Source: Macrostomum lignano
Lineage: Eukaryota
Reading direction: 5' to 3'
NCBI GenBank assembly: GCA_002269645.1
Contig: NIVC01004105.1
Coordinates: 1-60,582 of the forward strand
Length of the DNA stretch: 60,582 bases
Shown piece after piece: positions 39,151 to 52,361 of this stretch. The position numbers and the translations under genes were made by a program. The stretch's first letter is position 1, and each line of letters starts with the position of its first letter. The notes below the pieces were generated by a model. The model was not told the origin of the DNA, searched no databases, and saw nothing but the letters and a program-made list of their open reading frames with translations.

Positions 39151-40415
39151 TATCCCCTGCAGTCTGACAGATCCCAATTAGTAGAATTATCCCCTGCAGT
39201 CTGACAGATCCCAATTAGTAGAATTATCCCCTGCAGTCTGACAGATCCCAATTAGTAGAATTATCCCCTGCAGTCTGACGGATCCCAAAGTAGAATTATC
39301 CCCTGCAGTCTGACAGATCCCAATTAGTAGAATTATCCCCTGCAGTCTGAAAGATCCCAATTAGTAGAATTACCAGTATCCCCTGCAGTCTGACAGATCC
39401 CAATTAGTAGAGTTATCCCCTGCAGTCTGAAAGATCCCAAAGTAGAATTATCCCCTGCAGTCTGAAAGATCCCAATTAGTAGAATTATCCCCTGCAGTCT
39501 GAAAGATCCCAAAGTAGAATTATCCCCTGCAGTCTGAAAGATCCCAAAGTAGAATTATCCCCTGCAGTCTGAAAGATCCCAAAGTAGAATTATCCCCTGC
39601 AGTCTGAAAGATCCCAAAGTAGAATTATCCCCTGCAGTCTGAAAGATCCCAATTAGTAGAATTATCCCCTGCAGTCTGAAAGATCCCAAAGTAGAATTAT
39701 CCCCTGCAGTCTGAAAGATCCCAATTAGTAGAATTATCCCCTGCAGTCTGACAGATCCCAATTAGTAGAATTATCCCCTGCAGTCTGAAAGATCCCAAAG
39801 TAGAATTATCCCCTGCAGTCTGAAAGATCCCAATTAGTAGAATTATCCCCTGCAGTCTGACAGATCCCAATTAGTAGAATTATCCCCTGCAGTCTGACAG
39901 ATCCCAAAGTAGAATTATCCCCTGCAGTATGAGAGATCCCAAAGTAGAATTATCCCCTGCAGTCTGACAGATCCCAATTAGTAGAATTATCCCCTGCAGT
40001 CTGACAGATCCCAAAGTAGAATTATCCCCTGCAGTCTGAAAGATCCCAATTAGTAGAATTATCCCCTGCAGTCTGAAAGATCCCAATTAGTAGAATTATC
40101 CCCTGCAGTCTGAAAGATCCCAATTAGTAGAATTATCCCCTGCAGTCTGACAGATCCCAAAGTAAAATTATTCCCTGCAGTGTGACAGATCCCAAAGTAG
40201 AATTATCCCCTGCAGTCTGAGAGATCCCAAAGTAGAATTATCCCCTGCAGTCTGAGAGATCCCAAAGTAAAATTATCCCCTGCAGTGTGACAGATCCCAA
40301 AGTAGAATTATCCCCTGCAGTCTGAGAGATCCCAATTAGTAGAATTATCCCCTGCAGTCTGACAGATCCCAATTAGTAGAATTATTATCCCCTGCAGTCT
40401 GAGAGATCCCAAAGT
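39151..40415. repeat. 35/37-bp minisatellite (ATCCCCTGCAGTCTGACAGATCCCAATTAGTAGAATT), ~34 copies
   Basis: Two length variants (CAATTAGTAG / CAAAGTAG). Confidence 0.96.
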
Positions 40416-41260
40416 ATCAATAACTCCCCACAAAAAGACCAATCCAAGAACTTCAAGAACTTATTTAAGGGCTCACAGAGTCAGGCTACCCATGGAAGTC
40501 AATAATTAATCACCAAAGGTAACAATCAAATTTAAACGCGCAATTAAGACAAAAGTACAAGGATCAAGGATCAAGGATCTGCCACCGAAGTGGTTCCTTA
40601 GCGGAACTCGTAGGCATTAAGCAAAGGGATTAGGGAGAGTTACAAACACGTAAATAAACAATAAAAAGCATTTGCAATGCAAAGACAGTCTCTTAGATTT
40701 GGAATTTCAGTATAAAAAGCAAATGGGCTACAAAATGACGAAAGCAGTTACATTACAGCAAATTATACAATAGCCGTCAGCTCAGCTGAGCAATGAAAAC
40801 AGATCGATTTAACAGGTGAATAACCCCCGACCACATCGACCGCAGGTGAATAAAAAAACATACCCAATCACTTCAAAAGTTCTTCAATTCAAAAAGTAAC
40901 ATTGCAGTTCCTTCGGTTTTTCTCCAGATGAAGAAAAATCTGTCTAAAAAATCTTGTATTTCTACTTCAAGAAGAAAAGTTGATAAAGTTCTATTATTAT
41001 TATTCTTTTTATACGCGCAATATTCTGATATTTCTACTGCAAGTAGAATAGTAAAATTCTATTTTTATCATCAATTTTATAAGTGCAATATTTTCATATT
41101 TCTACTGCAAGTAGAATAGTGGATACAATTCTATTTTTACTATTAATTTTATAAGTGCAATATTCTCACATTTCTACTGCAAGTAGACATTAATGGATAT
41201 CACCAGCGAGAGTCAGTCGGCAAAATCGCCATTGGCATGCTGGGCTAGATTTCAAGTCTC

Positions 41261-43601
41261 CTACACTGACTGAGTCGGGGGCTTCGGTGGACTCTTCAAG
41301 TCGTCGACATCGTAGACGTGGAACCAGGGCGAGGCGCTGCTGTGCGTGAGGAAATAATCCTTGAAATTCTTGAAGACGCCCTGGTTAAAGGGGCTCTTGA
41401 GCACTTTCGGCATGCTGGTCTGGAAGTGAGCGTAGCGGAAAGAATTGAATCGCTCGTTGGTTGTCATGTTGACGCACAGCATCTGCCACAGCTGGCTTAG
41501 CAACAGCATAGCAACCCAGAATAGGTACAGCGAGTCGAGGCAAGCGCAGAAGAATGCCCAGGTTGAGCAGATTGGAGTCCTGGTGAACAGAGCCTTGAGC
41601 CCCACGGTGTCCCAGTCCAGGCTGCAGGAGCTGTCCGGGTGGTACACGTAGGACAGGAACATCTTCAGGAACATGGAGGTGCCGAGCACCACGCCGGTGA
41701 GGTAGCCAACGAAGGTGCGGTGGTTGGCCACGCCCACGCAGTTGTACACCCAGGGGCAGTGGTGGTCCATGCGGGCCACACAGCGGCCGCACATGTCGCA
41801 GTGCTTGGACCGGAGCGGCTTCTGGATGAGGCAGGTGGAGCAGAAGTTATCGAAGCTGGCCGATGGATCCTCGCAGGTGCGCACGATGGACTGCACGCGG
41901 GCGGTCTTGTCGATCTTCAGGAAGCCGGGGTCCCGCACAGCGCAGCGCCAATGAAAGTAGAACATGCCGGATATGACGGTGGTGAACAGCACAATGTCCC
42001 CATAGCTATTGTAGGGGAACATCAGCAGCACGCAGGTAGACGTCAGGATCACCTCGGAGCCCACGGCCAGCCCGAACGGCAGCAGCATGGGGTAGCGCAG
42101 GTCCAGGCACTTCCGGCTGAACACCAGGCGGAAGAACACGGCCAGGCCGACTAGTAGCGCCAGCTTCAGCACGTAGGAGATGGCGGCGTGGAAGATGAGG
42201 CCGGCGCAGGCCAGCAGGAGGCTGGGCACCGCCAGCATGCACCAGCGCCGGTTCTCCCTGGTGGCCAACGACCGGAAGAAGCCGCCAGCGCTAGCCGACG
42301 AGTCGCGCAGCATCCCCCGGTCCGACATCATCTCCTTGAGCCGTTCGGCCAGCCAGCGCATTTTCTTCTGCTGCAGAATCTGCACGGGCGTCTCGCCGTT
42401 GGCGTTGATGGCCGTCCAGTCGACGCCGGCGCGGTCCAGGCAGCCGAGAACGATCTGGTTGCCGCCCAGAGCAGCAAAGTGCGCCGGCGTGTTGCCGCTG
42501 TTCGGCTCGGACGCGTTCGGGTTGGCGTCAAAGGCCAGCAGCACCCGGGTGGCGTCGGGCTGCAGCACCCTCAGCGCCGTCCACATGAGGGCCGTCATGC
42601 CTTTGCAGTCGCGCAGGTTGGGGTCGGCGCCCTTGGCCAGCAGGTAGGCCAGGATGTGCGTGTAGCCGAACTGGGCAGCCAGGTGCAGGCAGGCGAGGCC
42701 CTCAGCGTCCGTCAGCAGCGGATTAGCGCCCATCCGCATCAGCAAGCAGCAGGCAGACAGGTTGCCTTGGCGACAGGCCCAGTGCAGAGGGGTGCCCTGC
42801 GGTCATCAATGGCATTTCAGATAAGAAACGTAAAGAACAATTACGGAAATTACCCGATGCAAACGGCACCAAGGCCAAGAAAGCAGCCCAGAGTCACTTG
42901 CATCACCTCAGAGTCGCTGCAGGTAACACAGGTAAAATAGGAATACGAGATGTCACGGCCGGTACAAGTCGCCTAAGAGTCAATTAAAGGCGTTTTTTAC
43001 TGTCTGCGACTCAGAACCGACTCTGGGGCGACGCAAGTGACTCTGAGCACTCCTATAATGACTCTTGGGCCATAGAGTCGTATCTAAGACTATAATAGCT
43101 AAGACAGATTATGAATGAGTAATTCCCATATCTCTCACGACCCGCTGCCCCAGACCCCCTCTCCTTCACTATCCAGACCTGCAGATCGCCACCGGGACGG
43201 TCAACAATGGCACCGTGGTTGACCAGCATCTGCATGATCTCCAGCCTGTTGTTGATGGCGGCCCAGTGCAGCGGCGAAACGCCCTGACTGTCCAGCGTGT
43301 TGGCATCGAAGCCGCTGTTGAGCAGCTCGCGAACTCTTGGCACAACTCCGTACTGACAGGCCTTGACCATGTCCCAGTTGCTGGTGTCCTGTTGTACCTG
43401 CTGCTGCTGCTGTTGTTGCTGCTGGGTCTGCATCCGGTAGGCCGGGTCCACAGGATAGGCCTTGCCCTCCGAGTCCATGGGGATCGGAGCTGCGGCAGCT
43501 GCGGCTGCGGCGGCCATGGCGCCGGGTGTCATGCCGGCGAACGGGTCGTGGCCTCCGTGGCTGTGACCGTGACCGTGATCGTGACTGTGACCGTGGTGCA
43601 T
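41261..43601 (-). CDS. ZDHHC17: Palmitoyltransferase ZDHHC17/HIP14 (ankyrin repeats + DHHC-CRD), 2 exons, ~652 aa
   Basis: Exons 43601-43179 and 42796-41261 (phase 0). Ankyrin repeats (PLHWAAINN, GGDLQ-GTPLHWACRQG, CLHLAAQFG), TM segments, and CSTCLIQKPLRSKHCDMCGRCVARMDHHCPWVYNCVG. Confidence 0.93.
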
Positions 43602-44841
43602 TGCTGACTGCCTTTGGAGCTGAATATATTGAAGATTTTTTAGCAGCTATCAATACGGCCGTGAGCACCATCTCCAATGCGACTTTACATGAATAACTGC
43701 ATTGTTAATAAAGGTAATCAATAAGTTAATAAGATGGTTACCTAAGATAAAAATGATATTAATTTTTTTACTCGCATCAATGAGCACCTCAAGGTCCTCA
43801 CCTATTGAAGTTGGCATCTTGACAAACTGCTACTTGTGACTGTGGGAACCTCAGTACATGAGTGTATGCAATACATCAACTATAGCTTGTATTTATATTG
43901 TATGACAAAGAATTAGCTTCATTCTTTGGGTTTATTCAACCCAATCACATTTGGCTTGGCTTGATAAAAAGAGCTCTTATACCAATCATTTTATTTGGCA
44001 TCCGAGTTGCTTTATATCTAAGTTGTACATTCTTAATTTTAATGTTACAAAATTTTATTACAATCTATTTTCATAGATATATTCAAGATCACTAGAATAT
44101 ACAATATAGAGATTGCAAGACAGCTTGAGTGACATTATTGCTAATCACTAGTCAAGAGAAAGAACAATGCAGTCCTAATAACTAGCAAATCAATATGACT
44201 ACTCAGCTTTTAGATCTAATGTTGCTACATTTATTATGGTTCTAGCATTCTTTACTAGTTCCATAGTAATTAGCATTTGTAGTTATAACAACTCTAGTTT
44301 AATATTTAGCTTTCATTTATACCTTTTAGAATTGCAACTTTTACTAGACCTAGAATTTAGTACACTTAGCAAAACTTATTACAAAGAAGATTCAATGCTA
44401 GAATTATTGTCATCAGACATTAATTAGTCTATAATATACATTTTTAAACATTGTTTTTTTCTAACACTTATTGTCTCTGTTTGATGTTTAGACCATACGC
44501 ATAGCAATAAATTGTCTTAAATACTTGTAACTTAAATTAAAAGTTATTGCCTAAAATGAAAACAGAAAGCATTAGCTCTGCTCAATTTGACATTTTTCTG
44601 ACCTGCAACAACTTGGGTCAGCTAATGGCCCAAAATGATAGCTATAGTGGAAGAAGTTCATGGCTAGACTGTTGGCAATGTGCAATGATCAAAAAGAACA
44701 CAACCAAGGTGAGAAGACTCAGGACCCACTGTGGTCATCTACAACTGCCTAGTAATGATAATGGCATGTACAACTTCAAGCAGATTGTGATGCAGAATGC
44801 TCAGAAGCTGGCAGCCAATGAATAGGTAGGTCACTTATGAG

Positions 44842-45735
44842 CAGTGTTGGGCCCGATACTTTAAAAAAGTATCGTTTGAAAGCGATACTCCAATACCGAT
44901 ACTCTAAAAGGTATTGGCGATATTTGTTGGTCCAATACCAAAATTTGAGTATTGCGCAATACTTTATTCCGATACTTGGTCCGATACATCATTTTTTTGC
45001 GTTTTCTCACTTTTCTGCATCTATCAAGCCAAAAATGAAGAAAAAGCTCTTAGCTACTTAATTTTTAGACACTAAAGACTCTAGTGAGATGTGGCTGACC
45101 AATTAAATGGGCAAAATATTGTTATAAATTTTCAATATTTTTATATTAGCATTTTCACCTACATAGTACATTAAGATGAAAAGACTACATGATAGATGAT
45201 ACAAAAATAGTAATGCACATGATATGTAAAAACTCCAACTCATTAATTAGAAATTAGATGTTACTTGGCTTTCATTAAATTACATTTATGAACAATTTTT
45301 AACAGGAACCTACTTGCCTAATAGCTAATATCATTTCAGAATTCAAGTCAGAGTGGCTCGAGCGGGATATGCTGATTGCCCCAGAGAAGTACCAGCCTTA
45401 TCATCATGAGGGTCAAATTGGCCAGTGGAGCGCGCTTAGCATGGAGAACTTTCATTATATTTATATTAGAATTTGTACCTACCTAGTACATCAAGATGAA
45501 AAGATTACCATCTATTTGTATTTTTGTTACTTTCTTTAATACTTTCTAGGCTTTTTAGTCAAATTTATTACTATTAGTTTGATTAAATGTATTGGATTAT
45601 TGTACTTAAGAAAATGTATCGGCAATACCAAGGTCCAATACTGAGAAAAAAGTAACTAGGTCCAATACTCCGATACTCAAATGGTATCCGCGATACTATC
45701 GGAGTATTGGAGTATCAGACCTATGCCCAACACTG
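44842..45735. mobile_element. hAT-type non-autonomous element (MITE), 894 bp
   Basis: TIR CAGTGTTGGGC...GCCCAACACTG. 8-bp TSD CTTATGAG / CTTGTGAG (7/8). Repeated subterminal CCGATAC/GTATCGG motifs. Confidence 0.85.
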
Positions 45736-47231
45736 CTTGTGAGTTGCTAAGCTGGTTAATTGCGGGTATCAATGATGCTTAAAATAGTGACAATGACTTT
45801 GTTTCACGGGAACCAGTTGGTGAACAACATTGCATTGAAATGAAAGGCAAAAACATTAAAATGAGTACTTCTCTAAAAAGAAACAGTTCTGATGCTAATA
45901 TTGGTTTGGATGCTGATGGGGAAAAAGAAGAAAAACTAATCATTGTTGATGAATATTGGCCACCAACTAGTTGCACTGGTGCTAAAAAGCATCAATCACT
46001 ACATCTAAATTAGAAATAGAGGGCAAATTGACAAAATACCAATTAAGCTAAATTTTAGATAGTTTAATTAAATATTAAACTTAAATATTAATAAATACAA
46101 AAAATGCAAATTAGCTACATTCTTTCGAAAAATAGGTAAGCAATATGTTGTGAGCTGTGCCTTGCAATGTCCTTGTCCTAAACCCTGCACTCTCTACCAC
46201 AGAGGCACCTGATTGGCTGGCCTTCCTTTTTCTTTCTCTCTTACCCTTTAACTCTGAGTTTTGCCCCCATCCCCTAGCCTTGTGTGGCTTAGCCCCACCT
46301 AGCCTCCTGTTTTCAACCAGTATTTATTTGCATACATGGCCCATACCTGGCTCTATCCTGCCCTGCTCTCTCTCTACTACTACGTACTTTGTGCTTGTGC
46401 AAGTCAGCAACAGTTGAGCAGAATAAAATATAGAGGCCAGGCCTATATGAGCACATCAAGTGACCCCTCCTAATAAGACAGTATTTGCTTTCATTCATTT
46501 CTCCTATCTTTATTATACACTTTTCTCACCACTATCTTCATTTGGGTCTACAAAGTGTCTATATGCCTCTAGACCTGTGCTCACCTTTGCTGCTGCTATA
46601 GCTACTTGCTCACAGCCTCCTTATCTATATCTACCTCTTGCTGTAGAGCTGGATGAGTGTCTGTACACTCCTAGCCTTTCTACTTCTATCTCAAAGTGTC
46701 CATACACCTTGGAGGTCATCATTCTCTTACCTATCATACACAACAAGCTGTAGGCAGTCTAGTATTCAAATCCCCAATCACCCCATCTGCAGTCCATATG
46801 GATGGAAGCTGAAAATACAATATTATGGTTACAGAAAATATAAAATTACTATTATTATATAAACATTTTCAACAAACTTTTAAAGCTTCTAGGAACTTGT
46901 TTATAACTGTAGCTTTGAACTAATATACAAATATACATCCATATACTAAAATGGTTTGTCAGTATCTATGTTAGTTTGAGATTGATTCTGACAAAAAATG
47001 ACTAATTTTGATAAATAAGTAACTAACCAAAGATTTATTCAATATGGCAGGAATCAATATTTATATTTTATTTTAATCTACATTAAATCCATAGTCAGGA
47101 TTATGTTAATACATGCACAAGAAATTTTCAAAAAATATTTTGATTATATACTATATTCAGTAGTTTATGCTAGACAAAATATACTCATTAATATATCAAA
47201 TGTACTAGTGTGGTATGGCCCCTCAGATATA

Positions 47232-48583
47232 CTTCGGCTGTCCGGAAAGTCGCGAGAATGTATTTAAAAAACCAGTCAGAACTATCAAAAAACACGACAA
47301 CAGCACTAGTTGGTAATGTAATCTCCCCTTGCATTGATTACAGCTTGGCAATGGTCAACGAGTTGCTGAACCTCTCTTTTTAAACAATCTTCGTCAAGGC
47401 TTCTTGCCCACTGCAACGCAGCTTCTCGAACTTCATTGTGGTCGCTGAATACTCACCTGGAGAAATCATTCTTCATCCAACTGAACAAAAAACGGTCGCA
47501 CAGATTGAAGTCTGGGCTGTAGGGACTCTGAAACACCAGCTGAACTCCACGGGACTCCATGTACTGCTGCACAGAATGGGCTACGTGAGGTCGCGCATTG
47601 TCCCACTGCCAAAGAACATCCGACAGGTGAATTGGCTTTGACCTCAGAGTACGCCATCGGTCTCCCATGTGCCGAATGAATTCAACTATGCCATCTGCAT
47701 CAACAGTTTGCTTCGGGGCTGTGGATTTAATGGAGAAGCACTTGCTTGGAGTGAAAGCAACCAGAAGCATTGTCTTTGCATTCCCAACCGAGTGCCTGAC
47801 AACCTGGGGCCAATGATCTCCTTGGCCAAGCCAGCACCTGTTGTTTTGCTTTGTGCCAGTGTTGTTCAGGTACACCCACGTCTCATCTTCCACCACGTAC
47901 TTGTCGCAAAAGTTTTCCACCCCCTCGTTGTAAAAAAGCCTGCGGATTTGCTTGGCACAATTGATGCGAGCAGTCTTGTTCTCCTCGGATAGAGCATGAG
48001 GAACCCAGATGGCAGAAACGTTTCGAAGGTGCAAATCCTCGGTCAAAATTTTGTGCACTGTTGTTTTACCAACTTCCAAAAAGTCGGCGAGGTCTCGGAC
48101 ACTAACTTTTGAATCCTCTTCAACGAGAGCTCGGCAGGTTTCGATCAGTTCCGTTGTCCTTGTTGACTGTGGCCGGCCAGTCCGAGGAGCTGAGGCCAGG
48201 GGAAATGCTTCATCACGGAACTTTGAGTACCATCTGTAAACCGTTGACTGACCTGGTGCGGCATCTCCATAAACTTTAAGTAGTTCGTCATAACAACTAA
48301 TAGCAGAGATTCCAAGACAGTATCTAGCGTAGGCATAAGCCTGGAAATCTTCCATTTTGACGAACTCGCTATTAAATTTTTCAAGCTTGATCACTGCATT
48401 GCATTGGTTATTGAGCACTTTATGCTGAGCTCGCCCCTGCCCCCAATTTTGCTGCTAGAATAACAAAAATTTTCACCATAGACATATATAAGTCTATTAT
48501 TGAAATTTTATGTGTGCCATGTCATCAGCTTGCTGCTTTCTTGCTTGACTGACACATTCTCACGACTTTCCGGACAGGCGAAG
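47232..48583 (-). mobile_element. Mariner (DD34D) transposon, full length, 1352 bp
   Basis: 30-bp TIRs CTTCGGCTGTCCGGAAAGTCGCGAGAATGT / ACATTCTCACGACTTTCCGGACAGGCGAAG (2 mismatches). TA TSD at 47230-47231 and 48584-48585. Confidence 0.95.
47306..48355 (-). pseudogene. Mariner transposase, 350 codons, one in-frame TGA
   Basis: ATG at 48355, N-terminal HTH, DETW, DNARPH-34aa-D (YSPDFNLCD). After TGA at 47455-47453 the frame continues VFSDHNEV...HCQAVINARGDYITN* to 47306. Confidence 0.9.
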
Positions 48584-49735
48584 TATTATAACATTGTGAC
48601 TAATATTTAAATATTAATTAATAACTTGCTTCATAATTCCTAGAAGCACCAACTACTAATATGCAATCATTAAGTTATGAATACTATACTAAGTTTGTTT
48701 TAATGCACTCAAATATTCACTCTAAATACTGCATGAATTGAATTCAAATTCCATGCTCCTTTCTTGCCTGGAACTCTCAATTGTGCTTTTCCCAGTTTTG
48801 TATTGGCTCTTACATAGCCTAGCCTTATGTGTTAGATTACTAAACATATATTATGTTAGTATAGAGCATGTAGCTAATTGAAATCAATGATCATGGATAG
48901 TGTTAAACATTGAAATATCAGAATAAGATAAAGTTTCTAAGTCTAAATATTAAAATATTAAATAAATATTAAATATTATTATACTTTAAGACTATGCTAG
49001 TAAGGGTCTAGGAGGCTGATTACCTAATATATTTGTTTTGTCATTTAGTTTGGTGTTAAATATTTGTTAATTGTAACATAAGCTAACTATTCCTAACAAT
49101 TAAAAATTGATAATTACCTATTATAAGGCCATTAAAAATTACTTATATTCAATTAATGTAAACCTTAAGCTAAGCAATTTGTCTTTGATTGCTTTGTCAT
49201 TTGATCATACCTTTGTTTGGTGGCAGCAAGCTATATTTTGTATTATATCTTATAATTATTATTAGCATTGGGGTATACAATATATCAAGAAATATTAGCC
49301 TCACTCTATTAGACCATCTCAAGGTAATACTCAATGGCTAGTGCAGCATAATAATAGAATTAACCTATTAACCTATTAATCACCATTATTGTGATTCAAC
49401 AGTTTAAAAGTGTGGTGACAATTAGCCCCTTAATTCCTAGCTAGACCATAGTCTGGAAGAAAGGTGGTATGCCAGATTAATGCAGCATATAATCATGACT
49501 TTTGGCATACATGGTACACTTTACATACAATTTTTTTTAAATCTGGCATACTATCTGGCATATAAAAATGGATAGTGAAAAAGTGGCATACATGTTCCTG
49601 CAGTTGCAGAATCAAATTGTGAAATAAAAGTAAATTTAAATGGAAAGTAGTTATTTTGAAAGAATGAAAGAAATCTTGGCATATATTGACTTCCCACTAT
49701 AAAGAGTATCAGCTCTAAAGAGTAAAGAGTAATTC

Positions 49736-51232
49736 CAATTTAATCCACACAGATCCATGTCAATAATTTATAGCTTATCCCCATGGCAGCTTATTGAAAT
49801 AGCTGCCACCATTCAAGTCTATAGGCTGTGTCAATAATTCCAATTTTATCCATATAGATCTGTGTTGATAATTTCTAGCTTATCCCCACTAGTGTTCCCA
49901 CTCAGCAACTTTCATTTTTTGTGCCAAGCTATTCATTTTTGCTCCATGGATATTTTTTGTGCCATTATCACTCTATCTCTAAGGCTCTAATGCAGTATGA
50001 TGCCTATTGAGATATTAAAAAAATCTCAAAACCTAACATCCAGGGACCTCAATCATAAATCATCCAGTTTTGGACGAGATAAAACACTACAACTTGGCAA
50101 AAAATGGGTAAAAATGGCAACAATAGCATGCGCATGAGACATTAATTTTTCCAAATCAATACTGCAATTATAAAACATAATAGTTTCTATCTGACACTAT
50201 CAGGGTTGGCTTTGTTATTCTAATGGTACATAAAAAGTATGTTAAGAGAATTTATATAAGAAGCATACAAAAAGCATACAAAAACATGGAAAAGGGTTAC
50301 AATTTAGGTGCCAATTTTCCACATTTTCAGATTTGCGCCAAACCTTATTAATTGCACATTTGTGCCATATTGCCTCATTTTCGGTCATGGTGCGAATTTG
50401 CGCCAGAGTGGGAGCACTGATCCCCATGCATACATGCGCAACCTCCAAAATTCGGTTGGCTGTGTGACTTAGTTTTAACAAAATGAGATGTAGTTTTTGG
50501 CCAAAAATGCGACTTACATGTAAAAAAACCATAAAGCAAATTTAATGCAACTTTTGGTTTAGTAACCGGCAGGAGTAATATGACTGTCTTATTAAGCCAA
50601 AATGCCTCATCAGCTACTTAGTATTACTACTTTGGTATTTTTTGGGTAAGCGTTTTTGCAACTTCCTTGGTTGGCCACCAAATCAGTTGGCCAGATCGGC
50701 CGACTTAGCCAACTGTTGCGCATGTATGTCCCCATGGCAGCTTATTGAAGTAAAGAACCTTAAAATGAATCTGTTCAAAAACTATCTTTTTGTTTTCACT
50801 GTTTTACAAATCTTCCAAATAAACTACATGTACTAAGTACTAAATAGTATTGAGTACTTTATTAAAACTTTTTGTCATTAAAAGGTTAATTTTAAATATT
50901 TGCTTAGCTGCCAGCTTTGCTTAGAATGACCAAATGACCAAAAGATCAAGGCAAATAAGACTTGCAAAATTCAAAATTCAAAATTTAATAATAATGATAA
51001 TATTACTAATAATAATGACAATATTGATTTAATGTCAGTACATAGAACTAAACACAAACAACTACACAATCTTAGCCATGGGGATAAGCTGAAAATTATT
51101 GACATGGATCCATGTGGATAAAATTGGAATTATTGACATGGCCTATAGACTTGAATGGTTGCAACTATTTCAATAAGCTGCCATGAGGATAAGCTGAAAA
51201 TTATTGACATGGATTTGTGTAGATAAAATTAG
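49736..51232. repeat. ~150-bp inverted repeat pair (49736-49888 and ~51078-51232), probably ends of an old non-autonomous element
   Basis: GCTTATCCCCATGGCAGCTTATTGAAATAG...CCATTCAAGTCTATAGG aligns to the reverse complement of the right arm, roughly 85% by eye. Partial copies at ~50731 and ~51615. Confidence 0.8.
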
Positions 51233-51233
51233 A

Positions 51234-51606
51234 CAATGGTGGATCTAGAGTTTCATTTTGAGGTAGGGGGCAATCCAAGTTTGGGGCATCAATACAAGTA
51301 TAAGGGGCACCAAAAATGTGTGTATGGGGCAAAAAGTCAAGCTTAGGGGTGCTAAAATACATATAGTGCGCAAAAAATCAAGCTTAAAGGCACAAACAAT
51401 GTCTTTAGAGGGCGAAAAATCAAGTTTAGGGGCACAAAAAATGCATTTAAAGGGCAAAAAGTCAAACATAAAGGTGCAAAAAAGGAGGTGAAAAATCAAG
51501 TATAGGAGGTACAAACCCAGGTTTTTTTAAGGGACGCAATATGTTTTGTCAAGCTATTTTGGCAAAGGGGGCAGCCACCCTCCCAACCCTCCTAAATCCA
51601 CCCCTG
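51234..51606. mobile_element. hAT-type MITE, 373 bp
   Basis: TIR CAATGGTGGATCTAG / CTAAATCCACCCCTG (12/15). Perfect 8-bp TSD AAATTAGA at 51226-51233 and 51607-51614. Confidence 0.85.
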
Positions 51607-52361
51607 AAATTAGAATTATCGGCATAGGACCATGTGGATAAGCACTTCCATATAATATAGGCCTATGCTATAATAATGTACTATAACTAGGTATCACAAA
51701 TTTATGCCAGAAATGTCTGGTTCAAGTAGGCCTAGTATGATCCTAAAGTGTAATATTGAATAAGCACTATATTCCCAGATATTATTACAATGAAAATTCT
51801 TTTATGTAGCAAGGTCCTAGGTAGTTTAGTACTATATGCATAGCATATATCATGGAGCTAGCAAAGTTTTAATGTGCTACTTATAGCAGTGCATACTAAA
51901 TTTTTTTAAGATGCCATCATTATTATTAGAATTATATACTATGTCACATGGGAATTTTTGAGTTTTGTTTATGATGATATTTTCATTTGTATATAAATAT
52001 TTTATGATAACATAAAAAATACATTGTTTTCATTAATGTAAGGTAAAAAAGTATAACTTTATTCAAGTTACTACAAAATTCAAGCATTTATTTGTGTTTT
52101 TAGATATGCATTCTTTAGTTTACAAGTTTTGAATACTTTACTTTTTCTAACATTGAGGACCTACCATAGCCTAGCTTACATGCAGGTTTTGCAACCCCTC
52201 TCTTGTTGGTCTACTAGTCTAGTCTATTGGTGCACACTAGATAGATTTGATCTAATGGCATAGTTAAGATTTTGAAATGAATGGATAACTGGTCTGAAAT
52301 GTTAATCACAATAAAAAAAGTTACTTTTTGTATTTTTTTTGCTACATTTGCATTAAAAAAG

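Noticed and set aside
43898-46862. Short AT-rich ORFs upstream of ZDHHC17
   Set aside because: No recognisable motifs, no coding-like composition, and they overlap transposon remnants.
48356-48418. Extended mariner N-terminus in the ORF track
   Set aside because: It starts at GTG; the ATG at 48355 gives a typical ~350-codon transposase.
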